From Bacteroidales bacterium (GTDB taxonomy: Bacteria > Bacteroidota > Bacteroidia > Bacteroidales > VadinHA17), in NCBI GenBank assembly GCA_034522515.1, contig JAXHLF010000017.1:18971-82970 (forward strand): a DNA stretch of 64,000 nt. Reading direction: 5' to 3'. Of the stretch, positions 43,066 to 55,900 are shown in pieces. A program made the translations under genes and the position numbers. Position 1 is the stretch's first letter. Each line of letters begins with the position of its first letter. A model generated the notes under the pieces. It was given only the letters and a program-made list of their open reading frames with translations. It did no database searches and was not told where the DNA came from.

Positions 43066-43227
43066 AATGTGCGGGCATTTTATTGTAACAGATGACTTGA
43101 TTCATTGGACTACAGAGGATCATATATTCCAATCCGGGATGATTGGCCTCTGTTACTTTCAGGTCTTAAAAAGTGATTTTAAATAATTAGAGACTCCTAT
43201 TGGTAAAATCCACTAATCAACAGCATC

Positions 43228-44371
43228 ATGAAAATCTCTGGTTACTTATTAATAGTATTCTTGATCAGTTCCTGCAAGAGTTCAGATAACGAAGTCATTC
43301 AAATTGATTTAGATAAGACTTCCGGTACTGAAATCACATTAGCCTCAATAGCCGATGAAATATCTTATGTCCCATTGGATAACAATTATCCTATGAGCAT
43401 CTACTTTCAGAGGACCGAGATAATCGATGATATGATTTATCTCAACGAGAAGGATAACGGGATGTTTGCTGTGGATAATTCAGGCAAAATGGTAAGAAGG
43501 TATGGTAACCGGGGTTGTGGACCCGGGGAATATGTTTTAGGCTTCAGATACGCCATAGACAGGGATGGTGGGGTTCTTTACCTGCTTGACAAAAAGAAAA
43601 TCCTAAAGTTTTCATTGGATGGGCCCTACCTTGGGGACATTTCTCTCGAAAAATATCCCGGAGGTTTCAGTGAGATCAGATTCCGGGATTCGGAAATTAT
43701 TTGTATTCGAGTATATTCTTATGGAGAGGCTGTATATGATTGGATAGTGATTTGATACCGTTGGAAACCTAATAAAGGAAAAGTTTAACTATGTGCCGCC
43801 ATTCAAAACTAACTATAGTTATGGAGAGGGTGTGTTTGAATATGGAGACAAGATCTATTACTGGAACAGCACTAATGACACAATTTTTTCGATTTCTCAG
43901 GATTTGAATTGCAGGGCATCCTATCTCTTTGCACCTTCGGATCACAGATTGCAAGTATGATCATACTATGGGACTAAATGATTTTAATAAATCTGTTACG
44001 CTTTCAACGGTTCTTGAGACGGATTCATTTATAATACTAAGATATTTCTATGAAAAATCCATAATGCTACTTATTGACAAGAGTACAGGGAAATTATTCA
44101 AAGCCACCTGGAATATTAATGAGGGTGGATTAATCAATGATTTGGACGGGGGAGCATCGTTTGAGCCCAAACACTATTTTAAGAAAGAGGGTCGGGAGTA
44201 TTTGGTAGGTTACACGCAGGCAACAGACATAATTTCACGGGGTCCACTCCGATGATTTTAAGAACTACTACTCCAAAAAACCCAAATGGGAAGGAGGCTT
44301 TATACAGTTTAGCCGGAAATTTGAAAGAAACAGATAATACATTGCTAACTATAGTCAGGCTTAAGGATTAA
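43228..44371 (+). CDS. 6-bladed beta-propeller family lipoprotein, paralog 2; 2-3 frameshifts
   Basis: Lipobox FLISSCKS. By eye it is roughly 60-65% identical to paralog 1 over the N-terminal 170 aa. The C-terminus is ...LLTIVRLKD. Its stop lies 2 nt before the ABC transporter ATG. Confidence 0.6.
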
Positions 44372-44373
44372 TC

Positions 44374-46632
44374 ATGTCTGTTTTCCCCTTTTTCAAACAA
44401 CTTGATTCTATGGATTGTGGGCCATCATGTCTTAAAATGATAGCTAAACAATATGGTAAGAATTATTCTTTACAGTCTCTTCGTTCAAGATCATTTGTTA
44501 CCCGTTCCGGAGTCTCAATGCTTGGAATCAGTAATGCTGCCGAAGATATAGGTTTTCGTACATTAGGTTACCCGCTTTCCTGGGAACAACTTCGTGATGA
44601 GGTTCCTCTACCTTGCATTGCCCACTGGAACCAACGTCATTTTGTTGTAATCTATGGTATTAAGAAGCAAAGGAGTGTTCCATATATCTTTAACAGAACT
44701 CCCCGGGAAGGATTGAAACCAAACCGGAGACAGTAGATATCTGATTTATGTCGCTGACCCTGCCTCCGGCCTTCTTAAATACACCGAGAAGGAATTCCTC
44801 AGATGCTGGTCTAGCAACCAAAAAGAAGGTAAACAGGAAGGCACTGTTCTGCTTCTTGAACCTACCCCCGAATTCTATAATAAAGAAGATGAGGGCAGAG
44901 TGAACCTGAAGTTCTTATACCTTCTGAACTATTTAAAACCATATAGAAAGTACATTTTTCAGCTTATACTTGGTTTGGTCACTGCAAGTATCATAAGCCT
45001 CATCTTTCCTTTCCTTACCCAATCCCTTGTAGATACAGGTATTGGCAACAGTAACCTGGCCTTTGTCGTAATGGTCCTTATTGCTCAGCTGATTTTGACC
45101 CTCAGCCAGACAGCTAATGGATTGCTCAGGAACTGGATAAACCTGCATGTGACAAGCAGGGTTAGCATTTCTCTTATCTCCGACTTTCTTATTAAACTTA
45201 TGAAGCTCCCCATTGCATTTTTCGATGTGAAGCTCATAGGTGACATCATGCAACGCATAGGCGATCACAACCGTATAAGATCATTTCTTACAGATTCATT
45301 GATAAGTATCATCTTTGCCGTTATTACCCTTGTTATGTACACTGTCATAATGGCTTCATATAACCTGGGTATTTTAGCTGTATTTTTAATTGGAAGTCTC
45401 TTCTACGTGGGTTGGGTCCTTATTTTTTTAAAACGACGCAGGGAACTTGACTATAAACGATTTCAGCAAAGCGCCGCCAACCAGAGCAATATTGTTCAAC
45501 TTGTGACAGGCATGCAGGAGATAAAGCTCAATGGTTGCGAGAAACAAAAACGGTGGGAATGGGAAAGAATACAAATTAAGCTTTTTAAAGTAAGCCTTAA
45601 GAGCATGATGCTCAACCAAAATCAGCAACTTGGAGCTGTATTTATTAACCAGGCAAAAGACATCCTGATTTCATTTCTGTCGGCACATGCTGTGATTAAA
45701 GGTGAGATGACTCTGGGTATGATGATGGCTGTCCAATACATCATAGGTCAGTTAAATGCTCCGATACAACAATTTATAGGATTTACCCAGGCTGCACAGG
45801 ATGCACGGATCAGCCTGGAGCGTCTGGGTGAAATCCATAACAGAGATGATGAGGAGAAACCGGACGATGGTCAGATAAATGATATCCCGGCAGATAAGGA
45901 TACTAGAAATCAGGAATCTTTGCTACCAATATGAAGGCCCGGATTCAGAAAAGGTTCTCGATAATATCTCATTTATAATCCCTGCAAAAAAAATAACTGC
46001 AATTGTGGGCGTAAGCGGGAGTGGAAAAACGACCCTTATCGAACTACTTAGGCTTCTACAACCCGATAAAGGGAGATGTTTTAATCGGTGGAACTGCTTT
46101 AAACCGTTTTAGCCAGAAAGAATGGCGTCGGTGTTGTGGTGCAGTGATGCAAGAGGGTTTCATCTTTTCTGATCCAATTGCCGGGAACATTGGCCTTATC
46201 GATGAAATGCCCGATAAACCAGAAATAGACAGAGCAACTGAAACGGCAAGCATAAAGGAGTTTGTTGAGAGTTTGCCGCTTGGGTATAATACCAGGATTG
46301 GGAATGATGGTCATGGCCTAAGCACAGGACAGAAGCAGAGAATTCTGATTGCCAGGGCAATCTATAAAGAGCCCGACTTTATATTTCTGGATGAAGCAAC
46401 AAACTCTCTCGATGCGCGGAATGAAAAAGCCATTATGGAGAACCTATCAATATTTTTTAAAGGCAGGACTGTCATCGTAGTAGCTCACAGATTAAGCACG
46501 GTTAAGAACGCCGATAAGATTATAGTTCTTGAAAAAGGGAGGCTTGTTGAGGAAGGTACACATAGAGAGCTTGTTGAAGCGAGAGGTGCATATTACAATC
46601 TGGTAAAGGATCAATTGGAGCTGGGAAGTTGA
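44374..46632 (+). CDS. peptidase-C39-domain ABC transporter (bacteriocin cleavage/export); about 4 frameshifts
   Basis: C39 catalytic motifs QLDSMDCGPSCL and HWNQRHFVVIYG. Six-TM ABC membrane domain at 44900..45934. The NBD has Walker A GVSGSGKTT, signature LSTGQKQR and Walker B IFLDEATNSLD. Confidence 0.85.
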
Positions 46633-46725
46633 AGGAAGCTCTGAAAGGCTGATTTAGAGCCAGGAAAGATAACGGCCGGGTATAACTTAAGATATTGCTG
46701 AGTCTATCTGGAAAAGGAGCGCCGA

Positions 46726-48018
46726 ATGGCTGAAATAAACAAACAAGAGATTCAGAGCCAGGAGCTGCAGGAGGTGATGGCCGGGATACCCGGAAGCTTT
46801 CTCAGGTGGGGCTTATTTCTGTTTTTTGCATTACTGGTAGCCATAATAGCAATTAGCTGGTTTATAAACTCTGCTACTATTGTGTCTGCACCAGTTGTTA
46901 TTACCACTCAGAATCCTCCTGCTCCTTTGGTCGCCAAATCAGGAGGCAAAATTGCATCATTATGTGTCCGCAACCAGGAGAATGCTCTAAGAAACAATCT
47001 ATTGCACTTATTGAGAATTCTGCTGATTATTTCAGATGTGAAGACACTTACTTCATTTATTGATAAAATACAAAGAAGACCAGACTGGAACCAGACTGTA
47101 GAAATATATGATTTACCCTTAGGTCTTTCACTGGGCGAAATTCAAAACAGTTATGCAAGATTCTATGTATTATGGCAGACATTCCGGGAGTATTTGATTC
47201 AGGCATACATATCCCAGAAGATTGATTTGCTTGAAGAGCAGATAAAAAAGCAGGAAGAATATACAATTGAGTTATTGAATCAAAAAGAATTAGCCGGACA
47301 GGAGCTTCAACTGGTAGCTAACGGTTTCTTTCGGGATTCGTATTATATGTCACGAGCACATATTCAATTTCAATAAATGAGTTTGAGAAATCAAAACTAA
47401 CTCTTCTTCAGAGACAAGGCTCGTTTAGTTCACTTCAAGGTACAATTAAAAGCAATGAATTGGCAACGCTGAGACTTCAGGAAGCCCGACTTGATCTTCA
47501 GATAAAGCTTGAGAATGAAATACAGCAGTTCAGGTTGGATCTCGATGAAGCATTCCAGCTGTTGCAGGTGTCTGTAAATCAATGGAAAGAAAAGTACCTT
47601 ATAGAGAGCCCAATAAATGGAAAGATCACATTTACCACTTACTGGAATGAAAACCAGGTGATAAAGGCAGGGGAAATACTTGCGACTGTTGTTCCCCGGG
47701 ATGAGAGTCAGATCATTGCCAGGTCAGTTGTACCAAATGCCGGATTCGGAAGGGTGAAAGTCGGGCAGGAAGTAAATATTAAACTTACGGAATTCCCACA
47801 TATGGAGTTTGGCGTATTGAAAGGCAAAGTAAAATCTTTGTCTCTTAGTACCGGTGGAGGGAGGTTATATTGCAGAGATAGATTTAATAAATGGAATGAG
47901 AACCACTTACAATCGTGAAATAGGTTTTATCCAGGAAATGAATGGTACTGCAGAGATCATCACTGAAGAAAGCAGGTTGATCTACAAGTTTATTAATCCT
48001 TTAAAGGCTTCTCCGTAA
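46726..48018 (+). CDS. HlyD-family secretion accessory protein; about 3 frameshifts
   Basis: N-terminal TM (WGLFLFFALLVAIIAI), long coiled-coil segments and a C-terminal beta domain (GFGRVKVGQEVNIKL..., ...GTAEIITEESRLIYKFINPL). It ends at 48018. Confidence 0.75.
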
Positions 48019-48169
48019 CCAATTAGCGATTAGTTACAGCACACCCGGAACCGGATGCTGGCGGAATGATTTATATTCTACCATTGATCACATATAAAGC
48101 CTGGGTTAATATAATCCGCCCTAATCCCTGGTTGTCATAAAATGTGTTTCACTTTTATTATGAATTATT

Positions 48170-48177
48170 TATATTTG
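48170..48177 (+). promoter_or_regulatory. candidate -7 promoter box upstream of the RND operon
   Basis: TATATTTG fits TAnnTTTG, 28 nt upstream of the ATG at 48205. Confidence 0.35.
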
Positions 48178-48204
48178 TGATAACTACTGCAAAAGTCAAT
48201 TGTC

Positions 48205-49545
48205 ATGAATAGTTCTTATGTTACCAGAAAAGAGATTGCCAGGGACCTGAGCATTGATCCAAAACTCTCAGAAAAAAAAAAGCTGCAAAAAGCGGGTATC
48301 ATGTTAGATAGCGGTATGATCCCGGCTGAAAAGGTCAAAGAAATAATGCTCCGTCTGCAGGTGAATCCGGAAAATCAGGATGATACTGAGCCAAATGAAC
48401 AGCCTGATGAAAATTTTAATAAATTTGATATATCATCCATTGATAGTCAAGAGTGTAATAATCCAGTTACCAGATGCAAAAAGAGGGCATTCATTCCACG
48501 GCTTTTTGCAGTAACTCTTGGTTGTGCATTATTCATCTTCGTGTCGTGCAAATCAAGACAGACAGATAACACTGAGGAACTGGCAAGAAGAACATCGCGG
48601 CCCGAAGCCGTGATGGTTGAAACAGTCAGACTGGAACCGTCAACATTCTATCACGAGATCATCAGCAACAGCAAGGCATTCTCACTCAGAAAGGCTGTCG
48701 TCCCGTTTAAGGTGAACGGAATTATCGAAGAGCTGTATGTGAAAAACGGCCAGAGGGTAAAAGCCGGCCAGCTGCTGGCCGTCATAGAAGACTTCGAGTA
48801 CAAAACCAGCCTCACCAGCGCCAGACAGGCCCTGACAAAGGCCGACACTAAAGCAGGGTGACCTCCTCAGTAAGTACATGACGGCAGATACAAATAACCT
48901 TGCCCCTGCCAAAATCAGGACCTCCAGGATCAGGAGCGGACTGGATGATGCACTGATAGCACTGGAGAGGGCAGAATACAACTTTAACAACACACGCATC
49001 TATTCCCCCCTTGACGGGGTGATTGCCAACCTCGAGGCAACCCGCCTGAATCCCAGCCAGAACTACAATAGCCTCTGCACGGTGATTGCCAACGATGTAA
49101 TGTATATAGAGTTCCCGGTGATGGAGTCGGAATACGGGTTCATCAACGCCGGAATGCCCGTGGGTATAATTCCCTTTGTTGATGACAGCCTTCTCATTCA
49201 GGGGAAATAGTGGAGATCAATCCGCAGGTTGATGAGGGGGGCATGATACGTGTCAGGGCAGAATTAAGGAACAATGGGCGCCTCATTGACGGCATGAATG
49301 TCAAGGTCCTTATCAGGAAGCCTGAATACAACAGACTGGTCATTCCAAAAGAAGCCCTGGTGATCAGGCAGGGGAAAGATGTGGTCTTCATCAGGCAGGA
49401 TTCCCTGGCTATTTGGAAGTATGTCACAATTGAGTCTGAGAACAGCTCTATGGTCTCCGTGAGCGAGGGCCTAACCCCCGGCGACCTTGTCATTGTAAGA
49501 GGCAACACCAACCTCGCACATGAAACAAAGGTGAAAGAGGAATGA
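48205..49545 (+). CDS. RND efflux periplasmic adaptor (MFP) with an odd AT-rich N-terminal extension; 2 frameshifts
   Basis: Lipoprotein signal RLFAVTLGCALFIFVSC at residues ~98-114, biotinyl-lipoyl motif (VKNGQRVKAGQLLAVIE) and beta-barrel/MP domains in 48878..49210 and 49210..49545. The first ~90 codons are hydrophilic and AT-rich. Confidence 0.7.
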
Positions 49546-52500
49546 GTTCCCCGAGTGAACAGTCGCCACGCTTTTCGCCTTTCAGCCTGAACATCGTCTT
49601 TGTGGTGTTCATCATCACCGGGGCAGCAATAATGCCTCTGCTGTCGCTGCAGTTGAACCCCCACCCGCTACCTTCCTTCACTGACAATAAGCTATACATG
49701 GCCTGACGCCGCCGCCAGGGTGGTTGAGCATCAGGTCACCTCGGTTGTCGAGGTGCTGATAAGCACCCTCCCCGGGGTCAGTCGCATCGCCATCCACCAC
49801 AAACAATGAGAGCGGTGAGATAACCATGGAGTTCGACAGGAATACCGATCTCCGCACTAAACGGTTCGAGGTGGCATCACTCATCCGCGACGCCCACTCA
49901 CGCCCTGCCGAGAGGGGTCTATCCGGTTATACAGATGAATATGCCGTCGAATACAAGCGGCACGGTCATACTGAGCTACCAGGTGACAGGCAATGAGGCT
50001 CCTTCCTATATCTTCAGTATTGCAGAGGAGCTGCTGAAGCCGGCGATAGCATCCGTTGACGGCGTCTACAGCGTGGATATCTATGGCGCCACACCCCGTG
50101 CCTGGGAGCTGATATATGATCAGAAGGTCCTCTCTTCAACAGGGGTGACCCCCGGCCGGATACGTGATGCAATAAGAGCATATCTCTCTGTCCGCGAGGC
50201 TGGCGGAGGAGTGGATAACCTTCTCTCATCGGGAATGAAAAGGACTTATCTGACCATGGTCGGCCACAGGACCGATACGGTCAGGTGGGAGGATATCCCA
50301 ATCACAGCCGCGAACGGCAGGGTGCTGATGCTCTCTGATCTTGTCACAGTGAAGCTAAAGGATGAGAGACCCCGCAGTTACTATCGCATCAACGGCCTCA
50401 ACACAATTACAATGGTGATAAGCGCCGGAAGAAACGTCAATAATATCCGGGTTGCAGAGGAGGTTAAAGATGCAGTTGAGAGGATGAAGAGCAGGATACC
50501 CCCCGGCCAAGACTTGATACTGTCGCTTGACAATACCGGCTTCATCCGTGAAGAGATATCGAGAAATGTTTCAGGGCGGCGCTGTCGGTCATACTGCTGC
50601 TGGTCTTCGCTCTGCTTGTGAGCCGTGACCTAAGATACATGCTTATACTGTTCATTAGTATGGTGGCAACCATCTTCATCGCTTTCATCTTCTATTGGCT
50701 GTTCAGGCTTGAGATACACCTCTATTCCATGGCGGGGATAGCCGTGTCATTTGGCATGATCATCAGCAATATTATAGTGATGACTGATCACATCAAATAC
50801 CATCATAACCGAAAGGTTGGCATCTCTCTGCTGGCAGCTACCCTGACCACCGTGGGAGCGCTTGTGGTGATCTTCTTCCTTGATGAGGCCTCGCGCGGCA
50901 CGCTGGCCGACTTCGCGGCGGTGGTGATCATTAACCTGATGGTTTCACTGCTGGTGGCACTTTTCTTCATCCCCTCACTGGCACAATCGATCAGCTTTGC
51001 CGGGAAGAGAGCCACGGCAAATTTTCGTGGTAACCTTTTCGCCGGGAAGAGAACCGCGGCAAATATCCGGCGTAAGCGCTTCGCTGTGCGCCTGACGAGG
51101 TTTTATGAGAAAGCCATCAGGTCATTTATCAGGTACAGGAAGGTATATATCGCTGCGGCGGTGCTGCTGTTCGGGCTGCCGCTGTTCTGGCTTCCGGATT
51201 CACTGCCTGTTGAAAAGATCAGGACGACTGCCGCCCCTGAGCCTGAGCTTACCCGCTGGCAGCAGCTGTACAATAAGACCCTCGGCAGCAGAAAGTATGT
51301 TTCAGATATCAAACCCATTGTCAACAAGGTTACCGGAGGCACACTCAGGCTCTTCAGTGACCGGGTAAAGAGCAGTAATTATTATTACTTTCCGGGGTTC
51401 CGACGATGTTGAACGGACACAGCTCAGTGTAAGCATAGGCCTCAGCGAAGAGGGGCTGACGCTTGAAGACATGAATGAGGTATGTCTGGGTCTTGAAAAT
51501 ATGATTGCAGCCTAGCAGCGAGGTGGACCGTTTTACAACCAGGGTCAAGCTCGCCCTCCTCGGCATCCCTGACCGTCACATTCCGTCCGGAGCATGACCG
51601 CACAATATTCCCGTTCATCCTGAAGATGAGGATCAGAAGACTACATGATGGGCATCGGCAGTTATCACGTCCAGGTTTACGGGGTGGGTAAAGCCTTCAG
51701 CAACCAGGTCTACAGTGACTACCTGAGGGGCTCGTATTCAATCGTTCTGAAAGGGTATAATTTCGATATTCTAAGCGGCTACGCCGAAGACCTCAAGGAG
51801 CGGCTCATCTCAAGCGCGAAGGGAAGAATAAAGGAAGTGTATGTACTGGGAGGAGAAGAACGCTGGTCAGTAAAGAAACAATACAGGAACATTGTCACTG
51901 CTGACAGGGAGTCGGTAACCCTGGCCGGGAGCGATATGTACAGCCTGTATGAACATACCCGGAGCCTCTCGCGGAACATCCAGGATGGCGGGCAAGTCTA
52001 CATGGGAGGCTTCCTTGCCCCGATGACCCTGAGATCAGCTTACGCAGATAGTTATGAGATGTGGGACATATACAATGAACCAATGATTACAGGATCGAAG
52101 GGTATGTTGAAGCTAAAGGACCTGCTGAGCATGACCAGGGAGATAACGGATAATTCAATCAGCCGCGAGGACCAGCAGTACATCATAACTGTGACATATG
52201 ATTTCATCGGGAACTATGGAGCTGGCCAGGATTATCAGGGACCGTAACATTGAAGAGACGGCGGCACTTCTGCCGCTGGGCTATTCGGTACGATCCAGTT
52301 CCTACACTTATTCATGGTTCACGCAGAAGAACAACTACCCGTTGCTGTTGCTTGTCATAGCGATCATCTATCTGGTCTGTGCTGTTTTACTCGAGTCACT
52401 TCGTCAGCCGTTCATTGTGCTCGGGCTGATACCATTCTCTTTTATCGGGGTCTTCATTACTTTTTCGCTGTTTAATATCCCGGCGGATGAGGGGGTGTTT

Positions 52501-52938
52501 GCAGCGATGATCCTCCTGTGCGGGCTGGCTGTCAACTCGGCGCTTTACATCCTTGACGATTACAACAGGCTGAAGCGGTCAGGGAGGCGCCTTCCGGCGG
52601 TGAGGATGTACCTGAAGGCCTTCAACGGGAAGATCATTCCGGTGATTCTTACGATCCTGTCTACCATTGTAGGTCTTCTGCCGTTCCTCCTTACAGGCAG
52701 GGATGAGCGGTTCTGGTTCGCGCTGGCAGCAGGAGCCATCGGCGGGCTGATTTTCAGCATGGTTGGGCTGCTTGTTTTTCAGCCGATGATGCTGAGGAGG
52801 GAACAAATATTACTTCCTGGAACGGTAAGGCCCTCTGATGATTCTGACGGTTCCGGCCAGGCTGGGCTCTCGGGCATTCCGGGCAACACAGAACCTCAGT
52901 ACCCTGATAAACCTGATAACACCGTTAGCCATGGTTAG
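49542..52938 (+). CDS. RND efflux permease 1 (AcrB/MdtB-like); about 6 frameshifts
   Basis: The ATG overlaps the MFP stop (ATGA at 49542-49545). The fragments 49935..50621, 50618..51412, 51645..52247 and 52198..52938 plus gaps tile about 1130 codons with RND TM and porter-domain character. Confidence 0.7.
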
Positions 52939-55900
52939 ATTCCTTGTACAGCGGCCCGTGGCCGTGATAATGAGTTTCCTCGCAGTGATTGTGTTGGGTA
53001 TCGCTGCCTCGGGGAGGCTTCCCGTATCACTGATGCCTGACATTGATATCCCCGAGATCACGGTGGCTGTCGCGCGCCCTGACATCAGCTCGAGGGAGAT
53101 AGAGAGCAGCGTGGTGAGCGTTCTCCGCAGGAGCCTGATGCAGGTGGAGGGTGTTGATGACATCCGGTCGGAATCGCGCAACGGCAGCGCCATAATCAGG
53201 ATGAAATTCGCCTTTGGCAATGACATCGACCTGGCATTCATGGAGGTCAATGAGAAGATCGATGCTGCCATGAATCTCCTTCCCCGTGATCTTGACCGCC
53301 CGAGGGTGATAAAGGCAAGCGCCACTGACATACCTGTATTCATGCTGAACATCACCCTGGCAGACAGGGCCGCTGACCCTGCCGCCTTCGCCGACCTGAG
53401 CGACTTCGCGGGAAATATAATCCGCAAGAGGATAGAACAGCTGCCCGAGGTGGCCATGGCTGACATCACCGGCCAGGTCAGCAGGGAGATTGTTATCAGG
53501 CCTGACGAGCGCAGGATGCAGAGCCTCGGAATCACTGCCGAAGATATTATCAACGCCGTGAGCATGAACAATGTCAATGTCAGCAGCATCATGGTCAGGG
53601 ATGGCAAGTATCTCTATAACCTTGAGTTCGACTCAAACCTGAAGGGTGTGGATGATATTCGCAGCATATGGCTGAAAAAGGATGGCAAGCTACTGAAGAT
53701 AAAGGATATAGCTGTTGTTGACCTGAGGATCCGGCGCGCCGCAGGCGCCTCTTACTCTGATAATAGCCAGGCGGTGGTGCTGGCCATCATAAAGGAGGCC
53801 TCTGCACGGATGGAGAACCTCGAGGAGAAGATGGACGAGATGGTTAGCCAGTTCCGCACCGATTACCCGCAGATGGAGTTTCAGATCTCGCAGGACCAGA
53901 CACGTCTCCTTGATTACTCCCTGATGAACCTGAGACAGAGCCTTATCTCCGGCGGCCTGCTGGCGTTCTTTATTATGTTTTTCTTCCTTAAAGATGCCCG
54001 TTCACCCCTGATAATAGGCATCAGCATACCAACGACGCTGGTAATCAGCCTGCTCTTTTTCTACCTCGTGGGGCTCTCATTAAACGTCATCTCACTTGCC
54101 GGTCTGATCCTTGGCATAGGCATGATGATCGATAACTCTATTGTGATCATAGAGAATATCACACAGTGGACCGACAGGGGGGAGAAGCTCATCAATGCAT
54201 GTGTGAAGGGCACCAATGAGGTGATAACGCCTCTTATCTCGTCAGTGCTGACCACCTGTGCCGTGTTTGTGCCGCTGATCTTTCTGAGCGGCACTGCCGG
54301 AGCTCTGTTTTATGATCAGGCCATTGCAATCATCATCGGCCAGGGAGTATCACTGCTGGTAGGGATCATGCTTCTGCCGACTGTTTATCACCTGATCTAT
54401 CGAAGCGGGAGGGAGGGCGTGCTGACCCGTTTCGTAAAACGAATCAGCCTTAAGAACCTCTGAGGAAATTATGAAGGAGGGATGAATTTCTTCTTCAGGC
54501 ACCGGAGGAGGGTGGTGGCTCTTTTCGCGGTGACAATCGGGGTAATACTCCTCTTCTCTTCTATCCACCATGAGGAAGGAATTCCGGCCACATAGTTCAG
54601 GATGAGATGATAGTGATGATCGACTGGAATGAGAACATTGACCTGCAGGAGAATTCGGCACGGATACAGGCCCTCGTTGATAAGCTCGGAGGAGAAGTAC
54701 GGACCGACCAACAGCTTCGTGGGTGAGCAGCAGTTTATTTTCACGCGCAAGTATGATCAGCCCTATTCATTGCGAAGATATATATCAGGGCAGCCGATTA
54801 TGGAGCGGTGGATGAGATCAGGGAGTTGCTGACGGCTTACCTTCCCCCGCGGTTCCCCGAGGCAGTGATGACTGTCAGGCCGCAGGAAAACATCTTTGAA
54901 AAGATTTTTGCTGCTTCGGAGACACCCCTTGTGGTTGAGGTGGCGCTGGCCACGGAGAAGGCTGTGCCGCCAGGGTGGAGAGGATGATGCAGATCAACGG
55001 ACTGCTGGCAGAGCGGTGGCCTGAGGCAGGTATAATGGCGCCGCAACTGGAGGAGAAGATCGAGATCAGACTTGACCCGGTGAGGATGCTGTTGTATGAT
55101 ATTGATCCCAACACGGTCTATCCGGCCATCAGGAGCGCGCTGAACCGCAATGAGATAGGAGAGCTGCGGTCGTCACACCAGATCCTCCCTGTTGTTATGG
55201 CGGGCAATGAGACGCCCATAGGTGAGCATATGGCAACCGGCTCTGTGCTGAACAGGCAGGGGGCGCCGGTTCCCGTCAGTGAGATATGCGATGTCAGGCG
55301 GATCCGTTACTATAAGGCCATCATGGGTAGCAAGGCGTCAGAGTATGTACCTGTTGAGATGAATGTATCGACGAACCGACCGGGGGAGCTGACAGCTGAG
55401 ATCGAAGAGGTTTTGTCGGCTGTGCCGGATCTCTCGCTCTCATTCAGCGGAACGCTGATAACGGGCCAGCGGCTCTTCCGTGAGCTGGCGCTGGTGCTGC
55501 TTGTCTCGCTGGTGCTTCTCTACTTCATTCTTGCCGCTCAGTTTGAGTCGCTCACCCAGCCCCTGATAGTCCTGCTGGAGATCCCCATAGACATTGCCGG
55601 GGCGCTTTTCCTGGTATGGTTATGGGGAGGAACAATAAACATAATGACAATGATAGGGATCATAGTGATGTCAGGTGTCATCATCAACGACTCCATTCTA
55701 AAGGTAGATACGATAAACAACCTCCGCAAGTCAGGGATGGGGCTAAAGGAAGCGATTTACCTCGGCGGGTCAAGAAGGTTGAAGCCCATCATTATGGTTG
55801 CTTTGGCATCGCTTTTTTCGACTCTTCCGATGCTGGTTGGCTCGGGCCTGGGGAACCAGTTGCAGCGTCCTATGGCGCTGGCGCTGATAGGAGGCATGAC

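Noticed and set aside
48113-48120. aatccgcc 8-mer identical to the tRNA-Cys T-arm at the HlyD/RND junction, as a possible internal att site
   Set aside because: An 8-mer match in a ~200-bp window is expected by chance at the few-percent level, and the flanking bases do not continue the match.
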